From: an uncultured Gammaproteobacteria bacterium
GTDB taxonomy: Bacteria; Patescibacteriota; Patescibacteriia; UBA9934
Direction of reading: 5' to 3'
DNA length: 64,000 nucleotides
Assembly (NCBI GenBank): GCA_964372415.1
Contig: CAYJQH010000003.1
Coordinates: forward strand, 24,923-88,922
Of this stretch, positions 39,160-48,476 are shown piece after piece. Each line of letters begins with the position of its first letter. Position 1 is the first letter of the stretch. The translations under genes and the position numbers were made by a program. The notes beneath the pieces were generated by a model. That model was not told the DNA's origin and searched no databases. It worked only from the letters and a program-made list of their open reading frames with translations.

Positions 39160-40683
39160 ATGGGATTTTCTTGTGTTTTTGCCTCAGCACTCATTGGCTT
39201 ACAGGCAATTCCGGTAAGGGTTGAAGCAGATATTTCTCACGGGTTACCGAGATTTCACCTGGTTGGCCTGCCAGATACAGCAGTAAGCGAAGCCAAAGAC
39301 AGAGTTCGTTCGGCAATAAAAAATTGCGAATTACCTTATCCGCGAACAATCATCACCGTTAACTTAGCCCCCGCCGATGTCAAAAAACAAGGTCCATCGT
39401 ACGATTTGGCAATCGCTGTGGCCATCCTGGCCGCTCAAGGCAACTTTCCGCCAGATAAACTAGCCACCACCCTATTTTTAGCCGAACTTGCACTCGACGG
39501 CAGTTTGCGGCCCATCCGCGGCATACTCCTAGCCGCACTAATGGCTAAAGAACAAGGCTTCAGGCGGTTAGTTGTCGCCCCTCAAAATGCCACTGAGGCG
39601 GCGCTTGTCTTGGGACTTGAAATTTATACTGCTACGAATCTCCGAGAGGTGATTATGGCTGACTGCGGTGGCCCCGCACTTAAGCTTCAAGTACCAACTA
39701 AACTGAACGCTCTAGCCAAAACGCCAGGCGATGACATGGCCAATATTCAAGGACAAGAACACGCCAAACGAGCCCTAGAAATCGCGGCCGCTGGTGGTCA
39801 CAACGTGCTCATGATTGGCCCGCCAGGAAGTGGCAAAACGCTCTTAGCTCGTAGTTTGCCCTCACTATTGCCGCCACTTTCTTTTGCCGAGATCCTAGAA
39901 ATTACAGCCGTTCATTCGGTAGCGAGAATGCTTCACTCAGAGGAAGCGCTCTTAACCACCCGGCCGTTTCGGGCGCCTCACCACACAGCAAGTGGTATCG
40001 CTTTAGTGGGTGGCGGCTCGTTTGCTAAGCCGGGTGAGATCAGTCTAGCCCACCGTGGAGTACTATTTCTTGACGAATTACCTGAGTTTTCGCGTCATGT
40101 TCTAGAAAGTCTTCGCCAGCCGCTTGAAGACGGGGTAGTAACCGTCTCGCGAGCTCATGGGAGCTACGTGTATCCAGCTCGTTTCATGCTCATTGGAGCC
40201 ATGAATCCTTGTCCTTGCGGTAAATTGACGGATCCCAAACAAAATTGCACCTGCACACCCTTTCAAATAGATAAGTATCAACATAAAATTTCTGGTCCGC
40301 TTCTTGATCGTATTGATCTTGTCCTCCAGGTGCCGCGTGTTGAGATCGAAAAATTAATCAAAGCAGCTCCGAGTGAACCGTCAACGATTATTCGTGAGCG
40401 GATTGTCGCTGCTCGAGAAATCGAAACGCGACGCGGCGTAGACCTAGGCGTCATGACCAATGCCGAACTTAAAAGTCCACATTTAAAAACGGTTTGTGAA
40501 CTCGACGAAGCAGGACGCGGACTCCTCCGCCAAGCCATCGACCGCTTGCATCTCTCAGCTCGTGCCTACACACGAATCCTCAAGGTGGCGCGCACGATCG
40601 CTGACCTCTCACTTGAGCCTAAGATACTGCCCTCACATATTGCTGAGGCTATTCAGTACAGAGGAACCCTTACCCCTACCTAA
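39160..40683 (+). CDS. comM: Mg-chelatase-like AAA+ ATPase YifB/ComM
   Basis: N-terminal Lon-like ChlI domain (IPVRVEADISHGLPRFHLVGLPDTAV). Walker A GPPGSGKT. Walker B LFLDELPEF. C-terminal helical domain. Start at internal ATG 39160. Confidence 0.85.
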   Translation: MGFSCVFASALIGLQAIPVRVEADISHGLPRFHLVGLPDTAVSEAKDRVRSAIKNCELPYPRTIITVNLAPADVKKQGPSYDLAIAVAILAAQGNFPPDKLATTLFLAELALDGSLRPIRGILLAALMAKEQGFRRLVVAPQNATEAALVLGLEIYTATNLREVIMADCGGPALKLQVPTKLNALAKTPGDDMANIQGQEHAKRALEIAAAGGHNVLMIGPPGSGKTLLARSLPSLLPPLSFAEILEITAVHSVARMLHSEEALLTTRPFRAPHHTASGIALVGGGSFAKPGEISLAHRGVLFLDELPEFSRHVLESLRQPLEDGVVTVSRAHGSYVYPARFMLIGAMNPCPCGKLTDPKQNCTCTPFQIDKYQHKISGPLLDRIDLVLQVPRVEIEKLIKAAPSEPSTIIRERIVAAREIETRRGVDLGVMTNAELKSPHLKTVCELDEAGRGLLRQAIDRLHLSARAYTRILKVARTIADLSLEPKILPSHIAEAIQYRGTLTPT

Positions 40684-40773
40684 ACCGAGACCTAAAATAG
40701 GTCTAAGATGACATTACGGCTATTAATATTTTGAAAACCTAATCACCTGACAAAGATCGCGATCTTGGAAAGC

Positions 40774-42138
40774 TTAGTACCCAAGGTACGAACCAGGATT
40801 CTGGAAACTACCATTGGCAATAACTTCAAAGTGCAGGTGTGTACCTGTTGATTTACCGGTAGAACCGCAGCGGCCAAGTGGCGTGCCGGCCGAAACCGAG
40901 TCGCCAACTCTAACGTACAGCGAATGAAAATGACCGTAACGAGTCACAAGACCATTTCCGTGATTAATTTCAACAGCAATTCCATAACCACCTTTAGAAC
41001 CAGCAAACTGCACAATGCCGTCTGTGGCGGCATAGTTGTCATTGGTTGAGGAGCCGTCAGAGTGACCATTACAGTCAATGTCCCAGCCGGTGTGGAACCA
41101 GCTTAATTTACGCACAATATATTTTAGATCGGTCGGCCAGATCATTCTTGCACCCTTGGCGAGGCTCGCGTTTGAGCCAGAAGTTGTAGGAGCGGTGGTA
41201 AAAATATCACGCACGGCAACGGTTCTCGTGGTTGGCGCTGGCGCCTTAAGTTCACCTCCGGGAATAATCAGTTCTTGGCCAATCTTTAGCGCATCGGCGC
41301 TTTCTAAATTGTTGTAAGCCAAAACCTCATCAGCGGCAACGTCATATTTACTAGCCAGTCCAGAAAGCGTGTCACCACTTTTTACCGTATGCTCTACACC
41401 ATCAACCGGTAGAATTGCGAGTTCCATGCCTGGTTTAATGAGCGAACGGACAGTAAAATTATTAGCCCAAAGAACTGTATTCAGTGATAAACCGAACTTA
41501 CGAGCGATAGTCGATAACGTATCACCCTCTTCAACCTTGTAGGTTATTGTTTCGCTTCTTGGCGTCGCAGGTTCCGGTACCGCACGTTCGCTGCCGGGAG
41601 TTGATAACGCTAGGCCTCCAGCACCTAAAGCAATTGAGGAGGTGGTGGTAATAGGCGCTATTGCTCCTGGCGACACCTTAAGAAAACCGACACCAGAAGC
41701 GATGGTAGAAGAAACGGGAGGTTCGAACGACTCGGCCGTCTCTTCGATTACCTCCACTTCTTCTTCGCTCACTATGTTGTAAAGCAAGCTTTGCTGACCA
41801 AATGAGTCAGCTGCAGCTCTGACTTCTGTTAATTGAATATTTACAACTCCAGCAGCAACCGCAATCGCAACGATGGTGGCGTGTACCGTGTAACGGTTGG
41901 TAAGCAGAAACATTAGGCGGTTTTTAGCTGGTCTATAAAACTGCCCAAGCTGTCGTTTAATACCAAAAAACAATCCGTAAATTGGCAAAACAATAAATCT
42001 AAGTAAAACTTTTCCAAACGGTAAAAAAACTCGCTCTAGGCTCTTTACTACAAACAAAAACACGGCCTTGAGAGCTACAAGTCCGCGAATCAGTGCCAAA
42101 CCGGCACGCACAATAATTGGATGTGGTTGTTTATCCAC
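40774..42138 (-). CDS. LysM-domain M23 family peptidoglycan endopeptidase
   Basis: N-terminal TM segments. Two LysM repeats (YKVEEGDTLSTIARKFG...; HTVKSGDTLSGLASKYD...). C-terminal M23 (HTGWDID...GNGLVTRYGHF...GSTGKSTGTHLHFEV). Confidence 0.8.
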   Translation of the reverse strand: MDKQPHPIIVRAGLALIRGLVALKAVFLFVVKSLERVFLPFGKVLLRFIVLPIYGLFFGIKRQLGQFYRPAKNRLMFLLTNRYTVHATIVAIAVAAGVVNIQLTEVRAAADSFGQQSLLYNIVSEEEVEVIEETAESFEPPVSSTIASGVGFLKVSPGAIAPITTTSSIALGAGGLALSTPGSERAVPEPATPRSETITYKVEEGDTLSTIARKFGLSLNTVLWANNFTVRSLIKPGMELAILPVDGVEHTVKSGDTLSGLASKYDVAADEVLAYNNLESADALKIGQELIIPGGELKAPAPTTRTVAVRDIFTTAPTTSGSNASLAKGARMIWPTDLKYIVRKLSWFHTGWDIDCNGHSDGSSTNDNYAATDGIVQFAGSKGGYGIAVEINHGNGLVTRYGHFHSLYVRVGDSVSAGTPLGRCGSTGKSTGTHLHFEVIANGSFQNPGSYLGY

Positions 42139-42316
42139 GCTATTTCAGAGTACCAGAAAATATCCTTTACGACAACTCTGTTTGGGCTAGCAAATTGACG
42201 ACTCGTCGTTTTTTCACTATCCTTGGCCTCCTTACTCAACCATTCTCATTACCCAAGACATCCGAGATGTTCAAGGCTTTACAACGAACATCTTCGAGGT
42301 CTAGATTGTCTCTAAA

Positions 42317-43612
42317 ATGTTTATGTCTCATAAACTTGAACAGGTGAGCGACACGCAAATCAAACTTACCATTACCGTGCCAGCCGAACAGGTGGCTCGT
42401 GCTATGGAGCATGCCGCTGAACACCTCTCGACAGAGGTCAACATCCCGGGCTTCCGTCCTGGCAAGGCCTCTTATGAAACCATGAAGCAACGTTTTGGCG
42501 AGATGAAAATTCTCGAAACAGCTTCTGAAGAGTTGATTCGAAGTTCATTCGTAGCCGCAATGCTTGAAGAAGATCTAGAAACCGTTGGCCAGCCTTACTT
42601 TAGTGTCCAAAAAATGGCCCCAGGTAATGATTTGGTTTTCACCGCCGAAATCGCCCTCATGCCGCACGCTATTAAGCTTGCTGATTACAATACGCTTTCT
42701 GTAGCCGCCCAGCCGACGGAACCGACGCCTGAGATAATCGATCGCGCCAAACAGGATCTCCTACGCATGCGCACCAACGAAATTCGCGCCGCCAAAGATT
42801 ACGCTCTGCAAAAAGGTGACAAGGTGGTAATAAATATGACCATGAAGAAGGACGGAGTTGTCCTTGAAGGAGGGGAAGCACAAAATCATGGTGTTTACAC
42901 AGCTGAAAATTACTATATCGAGGGTTTTGTAGAAAAAATATTAGGAGCTAAAGAAGGGGATGAGCTAAATTTTTCTCTTCCTTTCCCCAAAGAGCATTAC
43001 CAAAAGCACGTGGCTGGCAAAGACGTTGACTTCACAGTCAAAGTAAACGAAATTTTTATTCTCGAAACACCGGCTTTCGACGACAAATTCGCCTCCGGTC
43101 TCGGTTTTAAGACCTCCGCTGAACTCGAGACGCAACTCAAGAAAAATTTGGGTGACGAAAAAGCTGCCGAAGAGACTCGCCGCCAAGAAAAAGAGTTGCT
43201 GGAGCTCCTCGCGAGCAAATCAACCTTCTCTGAAATCAGTGATCTCCTCGTGAATACCGAAATCGAGAAGATGATTCACGAACTTCGTCAATGGGTGACA
43301 GAAAATGGCATGGAGTTTAACGACTACTTGAAGTCGATCAACAAAACCGTGCCACAAATCAAACTCGATTTAGCTCCGCAAGCCATGACGCGCCTCAAAG
43401 TCGCTCTCGTCCTCGATGAAGTGGCCAAGCGCGAGAACATCGCTGCTTCAAGTGATGAAATCGAGGCCGAAATCGACAAAATCGCCAAGCAAGTCGAAAA
43501 AGATCCGCAGGCCAAAGAGTTTGTCTTCAGTCCGCAATACCGCGAACGCATCGAAACCCAACTCAAAAATCGAAAAACCGTTGAGTTCCTCAAGAGTAAA
43601 ATGGTGAAGTAA
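42317..43612 (+). CDS. tig: Trigger factor
   Basis: 431 aa. N-terminal ribosome-binding domain (GFRPGKAS signature), PPIase-like middle, C-terminal arms. Confidence 0.85.
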   Translation: MFMSHKLEQVSDTQIKLTITVPAEQVARAMEHAAEHLSTEVNIPGFRPGKASYETMKQRFGEMKILETASEELIRSSFVAAMLEEDLETVGQPYFSVQKMAPGNDLVFTAEIALMPHAIKLADYNTLSVAAQPTEPTPEIIDRAKQDLLRMRTNEIRAAKDYALQKGDKVVINMTMKKDGVVLEGGEAQNHGVYTAENYYIEGFVEKILGAKEGDELNFSLPFPKEHYQKHVAGKDVDFTVKVNEIFILETPAFDDKFASGLGFKTSAELETQLKKNLGDEKAAEETRRQEKELLELLASKSTFSEISDLLVNTEIEKMIHELRQWVTENGMEFNDYLKSINKTVPQIKLDLAPQAMTRLKVALVLDEVAKRENIAASSDEIEAEIDKIAKQVEKDPQAKEFVFSPQYRERIETQLKNRKTVEFLKSKMVK

Positions 43613-43658
43613 TAAAGTGAGAGCGGCCAACCGGCCGTCTTTGCTACACTGTGTTCAT

Positions 43659-44510
43659 ATGCTTTTTGGCGCACACGTTTCGGCAGCCGGGGGAGTGTGG
43701 AATGCTCCCGCTCACGGCAAGTTTTTGGGGTGTGAAATTATCCAATTCTTTACTCGGCCACCTCATAGTTTTGCGGCCAAGCCGATTACCGACAGTGATG
43801 CGGAAAAATTCAAAACGTCGATGAAAGAAAATGGCATCAAGAGCGCCTACGTTCACGCCCCGTACCTTATTAACCTCGCCTCAGCGAACAATAAAGTTCG
43901 TTTTGGCTCGATCAAAATGCTTCGCGACGAACTTGAACGTTGCTCAAAGCTCGGCATCAAAGCCATGATGTTCCATCCGGGCTCCGCCAAGGATGTGGGG
44001 CAAGAAAAAGGTGTTGAACTTGTTGTCGACGGCCTCAACCGCATCATGGATGGTTATGACGGGAGCTGTCAGTTCTTAATTGAGATCTCCGCAGGTGCCG
44101 GGGCTGTCATGGGTGACACTTTTGAGGAGCTTGCCCTGTTCTTAGACGGCGCAGAACGGGGAAAAGAGATCGGCATTTGCTTCGATACGCAGCATGCCTT
44201 CGCTTCTGGTTACGATCTTCGTAAAAAAGAAGATGTCGAGGCGACATTTAAGGCTTTTGACCAAGCAGTCGGCCTCAAAAAGCTCGTCGCCAGCCACTGC
44301 AATGACTCTAAAGTCGAATTCAACGCCCACAAAGATCGCCACGAACACTTAGGCCAAGGCCACATTGGCCAAGATGGCTTCAAACACATCGTCAATCACA
44401 AAAAACTTTCGCACATCGATCTCATTTTAGAGACGCCGTACGAAAAAGAGGGTCAAAAAGACGACCCTCGTATTCCAGATCTCGAACTCTTGAAGTCATT
44501 CCGTAAATAA
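43659..44510 (+). CDS. nfo: Endonuclease IV (AP endonuclease family 2)
   Basis: TIM-barrel Nfo motifs (MLFGAHVSAAGG; HAPYLINLAS; FHPGS; HCNDSK...). Start at Met 43659 within the longer ORF. Confidence 0.85.
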   Translation: MLFGAHVSAAGGVWNAPAHGKFLGCEIIQFFTRPPHSFAAKPITDSDAEKFKTSMKENGIKSAYVHAPYLINLASANNKVRFGSIKMLRDELERCSKLGIKAMMFHPGSAKDVGQEKGVELVVDGLNRIMDGYDGSCQFLIEISAGAGAVMGDTFEELALFLDGAERGKEIGICFDTQHAFASGYDLRKKEDVEATFKAFDQAVGLKKLVASHCNDSKVEFNAHKDRHEHLGQGHIGQDGFKHIVNHKKLSHIDLILETPYEKEGQKDDPRIPDLELLKSFRK

Positions 44511-44600
44511 GCCCACTCCGAGTGAATACGAGGAGTTAGGTTGGTTCGGCTGTCGTAGAAACTAACCCCTCACTTTCGTTCGGGGAGGAAAACCGCAGTT

Positions 44601-44849
44601 ATGATATTGGTTTTCCACTGCAAACCGAACGCCAAAAACTCACAAATCATCTCGTCCCTGGACGGGCGGACGTTTGTCGCCACACTTCACGCTCCACCTC
44701 GTGACGGTTTGGCCAATGAGGAACTTGTAAACCTTGTGGCTGACAAACTAAATATTCCAAAAAGCTTCGTTGTCCTCGTTCGAGGGCATTCCAGCAAGGT
44801 AAAACATCTCGAAATCCCGGACGGAACCTCACTCGCACCGTTAAAATAA
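44601..44849 (+). CDS. DUF167 (YggU-like) small protein
   Basis: 82 aa. VKPNAKNSQI...GELKVAVTAPP-like pattern (ours: HCKPNAKNSQIISSLDGRTFVATLHAPPRDGLANEELV). Confidence 0.55.
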   Translation: MILVFHCKPNAKNSQIISSLDGRTFVATLHAPPRDGLANEELVNLVADKLNIPKSFVVLVRGHSSKVKHLEIPDGTSLAPLK

Positions 44850-44885
44850 ACACCTCGGTTAGAAGCGCACTTGAGGGGCGCTTAA

Positions 44886-45599
44886 TCACTCGAGGTGACG
44901 CGACCACACTTCCTGGCACTCCGGCTCCTTGTTATTAAGTAGGTCATACATGGCCTGGGCGAAGCGGGAAGGGTCGTTTTTATGCCGACAGCGTTCTGGC
45001 GGTGAGATGGATCGGTTGTTCGGCCACCACTTTTCAACGAGCAAGCACTCCTCACGATAGATCGGAAACTCACGGTTCCAGATCTCAAGGCAACTGCGCT
45101 CAAGCTCGTCCGTTGCGAACGGTTCCTGGAAAAACTCCTGCTTTTCCCATTGCAGGTAGTGCATGTACTCGTGCCAGAGCGAGCGTTCCAGAGAGCGGTA
45201 AGCGAAGCCATCGCCCTCTTGCGCGCTCTTCAGGGTGCTTTGATTAAGCACAATCGTCGGTCGCAGGCTCTTATCATGCGACGTGCCGAACCCCACCTTC
45301 TTACCTTGGCTCGTGTAAAGAACGAAGCTTCCACCTAGGCCGACCGTGAGAGGCTTAACAACCAGGTAAATGCGCCCCTGCCGTCTATTCTTGTTGAAAT
45401 CATCCGACACCCGTTTGTCAGGATGATTCTTAATGAGGCGGACCAGGAATTTACTAGCCTTCACCTCGTCAATCGTTGAGCCCGTAAGGCAAGCTTTGCG
45501 ACCCGGCGCCGTGAACAGAATGACCCCGAGAATTCCGACGATAGCAGTCACACGCAACCAAGTTGACGACCCGGAATTCCGTGACGAATTTTTTGCCAC
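44886..45599 (-). CDS. Putative membrane-anchored zinc metallopeptidase (HExxH)
   Basis: N-terminal TM helix. Single HEYMH motif (SLWHEYMHYLQW). No further family assignment possible. Confidence 0.4.
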   Translation of the reverse strand: MAKNSSRNSGSSTWLRVTAIVGILGVILFTAPGRKACLTGSTIDEVKASKFLVRLIKNHPDKRVSDDFNKNRRQGRIYLVVKPLTVGLGGSFVLYTSQGKKVGFGTSHDKSLRPTIVLNQSTLKSAQEGDGFAYRSLERSLWHEYMHYLQWEKQEFFQEPFATDELERSCLEIWNREFPIYREECLLVEKWWPNNRSISPPERCRHKNDPSRFAQAMYDLLNNKEPECQEVWSRHLE

Positions 45600-45680
45600 G
45601 AACCCTCCCAGCTTATTGGTTAGGCTGTTATTTCATACCCAAAATTATAAGAAGTACACAAATATTAAGTCCCAACGTTT

Positions 45681-46010
45681 CTATGGCTGATCAACTCCGC
45701 CCTTTGAACAAGGGTTGCAGCGGGCCACGCGCCAGGAACCCATGGCGTACCCCTTCAAAATACCGTGTTTAAGGATGGCGAGGCGGGTGTACTCGGAGCA
45801 GCTGGGGTAAAAGCGACAAAAACCGTACGGATACATGGCTTTAAACGGCCCGTGATCGGGAGAAAAGGTAATTTGATACAGAACCACCGGAATCGTCGCC
45901 AGGCGCCGGATGCATCGTCCGTAGGGACGGGTCGCCGACCCGTCCCTACCTGTGTTGGATGATCCCGGCACGCGCCAAAACCCTTTCCAGACGCTGTTTT
46001 TTTTGTTCAT
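45681..46010 (-). CDS. yidD: Membrane protein insertion efficiency factor YidD
   Basis: LYQITFSP...CRFYPSCSEYTRLAILKHGILKGYAMGSWRVARCNPCSKGGVDQP hallmark. Overlaps the 3' end of rnpA as in the canonical rpmH-rnpA-yidD cluster. Start uncertain. Confidence 0.75.
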   Translation of the reverse strand: MNKKNSVWKGFWRVPGSSNTGRDGSATRPYGRCIRRLATIPVVLYQITFSPDHGPFKAMYPYGFCRFYPSCSEYTRLAILKHGILKGYAMGSWRVARCNPCSKGGVDQP

Positions 46011-46293
46011 ACGGAAGATCGAGGGCGGGCTTGCCGATAAGCAACATAACATCAAAGCCCGGTTTAAGCTTAGGAAGTATTTTGTGCACGATTTCCCGGT
46101 ACTGACGCTTCATTTTATTGCGATCAACAGCATTTTTACTCACTTTCGTGCCCGCAATAACGGCAAAACGAGAGTGTTCAAGCCCGTTTGTGGCATATTT
46201 AACCCCACAGGCCGCATCAAACACCCCTCGCTTATGAGCAAGAACCTTCGAAATATCAGTATCTTTCTGCAAACGATGTTTGGCCGGGAGCAT
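45946..46293 (-). CDS. rnpA: Ribonuclease P protein component
   Basis: RNase P protein RNR-motif-like region (..KVSKNAVDRNKMKRQYREIV..). Start at internal Met (MLPAKHRL). Confidence 0.8.
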   Translation of the reverse strand: MLPAKHRLQKDTDISKVLAHKRGVFDAACGVKYATNGLEHSRFAVIAGTKVSKNAVDRNKMKRQYREIVHKILPKLKPGFDVMLLIGKPALDLPYEQKKQRLERVLARAGIIQHR

Positions 46294-46469
46294 ATGCATT
46301 GTTATGAGCTGACCTCCCCCTACTTCCTCCTTCAACAAGTAGGGGACGCTATGACATTGTCATTGTGCATCGCGTCTCCCCTTGTGAAAGAGGGGGAATT
46401 AAAGAGGGGGTTGGTCCCATTGTACCAATGACAATGAAAAATCCTGGATTTTACACCAGGATTTTTCAT

Positions 46470-46622
46470 CTAGCGAGGTCTCGCGGTTACCGTCAGTCGC
46501 TTGCGACCCCTGGCGCGACGACGCTTGAGAGTGCTGCGTCCGCCTTTGGAGCGCATTCGCTTCCGAAAGCCGTGAACACGGGCGCGACGACGCTTTTTTG
46601 GTTGATATGTGCGCTTGGGCAT
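46470..46622 (-). CDS. rpmH: 50S ribosomal protein L34
   Basis: Hand translation gives [50 protein letters not shown] (50 aa). Absent from the ORF track (under 60 aa). The annotated plus-strand ORF 46365-46688 is its antisense. Confidence 0.85.
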   Translation of the reverse strand: MPKRTYQPKKRRRARVHGFRKRMRSKGGRSTLKRRRARGRKRLTVTARPR

Positions 46623-46836
46623 ACTGCGAATAGTCTACATTTTTTGCAAAAATTGGTCAAACTCAAACAATATTCACACCACTTATGAGGTTATCCACAC
46701 TTTTACCCACCTTATACACACCGTTCACCTATTTAAAGAGCATTGTTACCTGTGGACAGATCCGCTATGATGTGGCACATCTCTATATGGGGGTACGTCG
46801 ATCTCCCGAGATTGAAAATATGGTATTCGCGCGTTT
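46623..46836. promoter_or_regulatory. rpmH/dnaA divergent control region with DnaA boxes (oriC left part / dnaA promoter)
   Basis: Perfect TTATCCACA at 46691-46699, plus TGTGGACAG (46751-46759) and TGTGGCACA (46771-46779) near-matches. Confidence 0.5.
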
Positions 46837-48225
46837 ATGAACACGCATGAGCTTTGGCAGGCCGTACTTGGTCAGATCGAACTTAAAATTAGTCGGGCGC
46901 ACTTTTCTACCTGGTTCAAAAAAACCTTCATTTGCGAATACCGAACCGGCACCATTATCGTGGCTGTGCCGAATTCGATTGCCCAATCCTGGCTTGAAAA
47001 GAAGTATTATCGTGACATTCTCGAGGCCTTTCAAAATATCATTAATCAACCGGTTCGAAGTTTGACTTACCGCGTTGAAACTAAGTCAAATGGTCCGCAA
47101 CCGATTATTTTAGAGAGCCCTAAACTCACTCCGTCAACACCAGAAGACTACGGTTTTACGCCTACAAATGGGGCCGATGTAGCACCACCCTCGGGAAATA
47201 TCACCCTAAACAATACTTATAACTTTCAAACCTTCGTGGTGGGCAAACAAAACGAGCTCGCCCACGCCGCCTCGCAAGCCGTAGCCGCACAACCAGGAGG
47301 CACCTATAATCCGCTATTTATTTACGGAGGTGTCGGCCTTGGTAAAACCCACCTTTTACATGCTATAGCTAACGAAATACGCCATCGCTGGCAAAGTGTT
47401 CGTATTATGTACGTAACTTGTGAGCACTTTACGAATGATTTTATTCACTCTGTACGTACCGGAAGAGGTAAGGAATTTAAGGATCGCTACCGTAACGTTG
47501 ACCTCTTACTGATTGATGACATTCAATTTATTACCGGAAAAGAGGGTACTCAGGAAGAATTTTTCCATACTTTCAACACCCTACACCAAGACAATAAACA
47601 GATCGTTATTTCTTCAGATCGACCCCCAAAATCAATTGCTGGCCTAGAAAAACGCCTTCAATCGCGTTTGGAGTGGGGGATGTTGGTCGACGTCGGCACA
47701 CCTGACCTTGAAACCCGTATCGCCATTCTTCAAAAGAAGTGTTTAGAACGCGGTTTAGATCTTGATCGCGATTCTCTTCAGTACGTAGCCTCAACGATCG
47801 CTTCAAATATCCGTGAACTTGAGGGTGCTTTAAATAAAATAATCGCCGTTCATCAATTCAGAAATATTTTACCGTCTCTTGAAACAATCAAGCCAATTCT
47901 CGCAAGTTTCGAGGCTGAAAATGTTAAAAAAACCGTCACCCCTAAGCAAGTAATTCATATCGTGGCTGAATATTTTGATATTTCAATCGAAGAGGTGCTC
48001 GGTAAAAGCCGTGAAAAACGTTTGGCTTTCCCTCGACAGATAATTATGTATCTATTACGTGAGGAAATGAAGAGTTCATACCCCACAATCGGCACCGAAC
48101 TTGGTGGCCGTGATCACACGACCGCCATGCATGCCCACAGTAAAATTGCTTTACTTGTCGAGAGCGATGACAAGCTACAAAAAGATCTCGAACTGATCAA
48201 GCAACGTCTTTATGTAGGAGGTTAG
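46837..48225 (+). CDS. dnaA: Chromosomal replication initiator protein DnaA
   Basis: N-terminal domain I. AAA+ with Walker A GGVGLGKTHLLHA. Box VII. C-terminal DNA-binding domain IV (..IGTELGGRDHTTAMHA..). Confidence 0.95.
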   Translation: MNTHELWQAVLGQIELKISRAHFSTWFKKTFICEYRTGTIIVAVPNSIAQSWLEKKYYRDILEAFQNIINQPVRSLTYRVETKSNGPQPIILESPKLTPSTPEDYGFTPTNGADVAPPSGNITLNNTYNFQTFVVGKQNELAHAASQAVAAQPGGTYNPLFIYGGVGLGKTHLLHAIANEIRHRWQSVRIMYVTCEHFTNDFIHSVRTGRGKEFKDRYRNVDLLLIDDIQFITGKEGTQEEFFHTFNTLHQDNKQIVISSDRPPKSIAGLEKRLQSRLEWGMLVDVGTPDLETRIAILQKKCLERGLDLDRDSLQYVASTIASNIRELEGALNKIIAVHQFRNILPSLETIKPILASFEAENVKKTVTPKQVIHIVAEYFDISIEEVLGKSREKRLAFPRQIIMYLLREEMKSSYPTIGTELGGRDHTTAMHAHSKIALLVESDDKLQKDLELIKQRLYVGG

Positions 48226-48228
48226 GGA

Positions 48229-48476
48229 TAACGTGAGGACAAATCCGTGGACAAAGGGAGGTATAACTAGGAGGATAATTTAGTGGATAAGCTGCGTATA
48301 AAATCGACTAACACCATCCGTTCGTAGTTATCCCGTTTTAAGTAGACACCTGTGTCACTATTAATCCCCATGGGCGCCAGCAGAAAACCACGGTAAGATA
48401 CGGTCGCTCGTAGTTACCCCCGCGATCCATAAGCTTACTGTTACTACTATTTATTAATATTAATAATCAGTTTCCT
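48229..48476. other. Candidate oriC (dnaA-dnaN intergenic): DnaA-box-like sites plus AT-rich unwinding element
   Basis: TTATCCACT complement at 48282-48290 (8/9), CGTGGACAA (48246-48254), gttatccc, and a 35-nt stretch of more than 85% AT (ttactactatttattaatattaataatcag) just before dnaN. Confidence 0.5.

Noticed and set aside
46365-46688. 107-aa plus-strand ORF upstream of dnaA
   Set aside because: It is antisense to rpmH (L34), which translates perfectly on the minus strand. It has no features of a real protein.
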